Below are positions 61,712 through 64,000 of a stretch of DNA of 64,000 nucleotides, piece by piece. Source of the DNA: Squalus acanthias (taxonomy: Eukaryota); NCBI GenBank assembly GCA_030390025.1, contig CM059432.1, positions 26,104,001 to 26,168,000 of the forward strand, in the 5' to 3' direction. How positions within the stretch are numbered: the stretch's first letter is position 1; each line of letters starts with the position of its first letter. The notes under the pieces are model-generated. The model was not told the DNA's origin. It saw only the letters and a program-made list of their open reading frames with translations, and did not search any database. A program made the position numbers and the translations under genes.

Positions 61712-62760
61712 ATCCCTCATCCCTGGAACCATTCTAGTAAATCTCTTTTGTATCCTCTCCAAAGCCTTCACGTCCTTCCTAAAGTGTGGTGCCCAGAATT
61801 GGACACAATACTCCATCAGAGGCTGAACTAGTGTTTTATATATGTTTAGCATAACTTCTTGACTCTTGTACTCTATGCCTCTATTTAGAACGCCCAGGAG
61901 CCCATATGCTTTATTAACTACTTTGTTAACCTGTCCTGCCACCTTCAAAGATTTGTTTACATACACACCCAGGTCTCTCTGTTCCTGCACCCCCTTTAAA
62001 ATAGTGTAATTTAGTTTATATTGTCTCTCCTCATTCTTCCTACCAAAATGTAACACTTCACATTTCTCTGCATTAAATATGCGTCTTCCCAGTTCACCAG
62101 TCTGTCTATATTCTCCTGAAGTCTGTTACTAGCATCCTCATTATTTACTACATTTCTGCGTTTCATGTCGTCTGCAAACTTTGAAATTATGCCGTGTACC
62201 CAAGTTCAGGTCGTAAATATATAACCAAAAAGAGCAGTGGTCCTTATTCCGACCCCCTCCAATCTGAAAAACAACCACGCACCACTACTCTCTGCTTTCT
62301 GTCCCTTAAGCAATTTTGTATTCACACTGCCACTGTCCCTTTAATCCTATGGGCTTTCATTTTGCTAACAAGTCTATAATGTGGTACTTTGTCAAACACC
62401 TTTTGAAAGTCCACATACACAACATCAACTGCACTATCCTCATCAATCCTCTCCATCACTTCAAAGAACTCAATCAAGTTAGTCAAACATGATTTGCCTT
62501 TAACAAATCCGTGCTGACTTTCATTTATTAGCCCATACTTTCCCAAATGCCAATTAATTTTTGTCCAGGATTAGTGTCTCTAAAAGTTTCCCCACCACTG
62601 ACGTTAGGCTGACTGGCCTGTAGTTGCTGGGTTTATCCCTCTCCTTTTTTTAAACAGGGGTGTAAGATTTGCAATCCTCTAGTCCTCTGGAACCACCCCC
62701 ATATCTAAGGAGGATTAGAAGTTTGTGGCCAGAGCCGCCACAATTTCCACCCTTACTCCC
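61712..62760 (-). mobile_element. CR1 RT fragment
   Basis: ORFs 62322-62546 and 61709-62056. Confidence 0.85.
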
Positions 62761-62824
62761 TCATTCATTCCAACTCATTGAATTGTGTGCATTAAAACAA
62801 TAGCTCAAAATCATATTAAGCAAA

Positions 62825-63680
62825 AACATAGGATCACGAATAGGGTATTCTGCCCCTCGAGCATGTTCTGCCATTCAACTAGATCATGAGTGATCTGTAC
62901 CTCAACCCCTTTTGCCCATCTTTGTTCCATATCCCTTGATACGCATACTTAACAAAAATCTATTGATCTTGAAATTTTAAATTGACCCAGCATCCACAGC
63001 AATTTCGGGGACAGAGTTCCAGATATCTACCACATTTTGTGTGAAGAAGTGCGTTCTGATTTCACTCCTGAATGACATGATTCTAATTGACAATTATGCT
63101 CCCTTGTTCTGGAATCCCCACCAGAGGAAATAGTTTCTCTGTATCTAACTTATTGAATCCCTTTATCATTTAAATATCCTCAATCCTCGATATTCAAGAG
63201 AATACAAGAGCCCTGGGATCATTCTGATGAATCTGCACTGCACCCCCTCCAAGGCCAATATATCCTTCCTGAGATGCAGTGTCCAAACTGAACACAGTAT
63301 TCCAGATGGGGTCTGACCAAGGCTCTATACAACTGAAGCATAACTTCCTCCCCTTTGTATTCCGGCCCCCTTGAGATAAAAGCCAACGTTCCATTATCCT
63401 TTCTGATTGCTTTTTGTACCTGTCCACTAGCTTTTAGAGATTTGTGTACATGAACACTCAAATCTCTTTGCTCCTCCACATTCCTAGTTTCTCACCATTT
63501 GGAAAATTTGTCTTTCTGGGATCCAAAGTGCATGACCTCACACTTCCCTACATTGAACTCCATCTGCCATTGTTTTGCCCGCTCACTTAATCTATGTCCC
63601 TTTGTAACTTCCTGCTGCCATGTGCACTACTTACTGTACCTCACAACTTAGTACCATCTGCAAACTTTGATATACAACTC
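62825..63680 (-). mobile_element. CR1 RT/3' fragment
   Basis: ORF 63219-63479 'LYRALVRPHLEYCVQF' and a degenerate 3' UTR. Confidence 0.8.
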
Positions 63681-64000
63681 TATTCCTAACTACTAATGCT
63701 GTGATCAATAGCGCTGCCTAGTAGGTGTCAGCAAGAGTTTGGAGTAAACCAACTGCCCATTCTTTTAGCAGCTAAGCTGTTATGTTCAGACTGACAGAAG
63801 ATAATACCAGTTGGGAACAAGAAATGCCACAAAGTATACTCCGAATGTTGCAAAAAGTTTACTTAAACCCAAATCTTCACTCGTCCTCCTCCAAGAGAAA
63901 AAAATCAGCATATGTAAACTTTGGCACTACAATGCAATTAGCTGTTGTAGGTTTGTGCCTTTTTCACTACACTGAACATGAGAAAAAACCACACACAACA

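Overview
Vertebrate genomic DNA, most likely from a cartilaginous fish (inferred from the repeat complement: CR1 LINEs, L2, DeuSINE-type SINEs, Penelope and Harbinger elements). The window lies inside a minus-strand KHDRBS3 (SLM2/T-STAR) gene. Four internal coding exons are present with canonical GT-AG borders and a continuous reading frame: 43322-43438, 37515-37661, 26197-26333 and 24902-25085. I found neither the first nor the last exons in the window. The introns are packed with nested transposons: many CR1 LINEs (one with an uninterrupted 943-aa ORF2), L2 and SINE fragments, a decayed two-gene PIF/Harbinger element, a separate Harbinger transposase fragment, about nine Harbinger-type MITEs with 3-bp TSDs, and Penelope-like retroelement pieces. 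Two things stand out. (1) Penelope-derived insertions carry minimal hammerhead-ribozyme motifs, including a 269-bp insertion that is an almost perfect 117-bp-arm hairpin with a ribozyme motif on each arm and a 12-bp TSD. (2) A diverged 0.8-1.6 kb MITE family keeps a conserved internal architecture: a palindrome, a GT-AG intron-like segment, a series of hairpins (one with a compensatory change) and CRE/GC-box motifs. This suggests a spliced, structured non-coding transcript or a conserved protein-binding scaffold. Repeat boundaries without TSDs are approximate.
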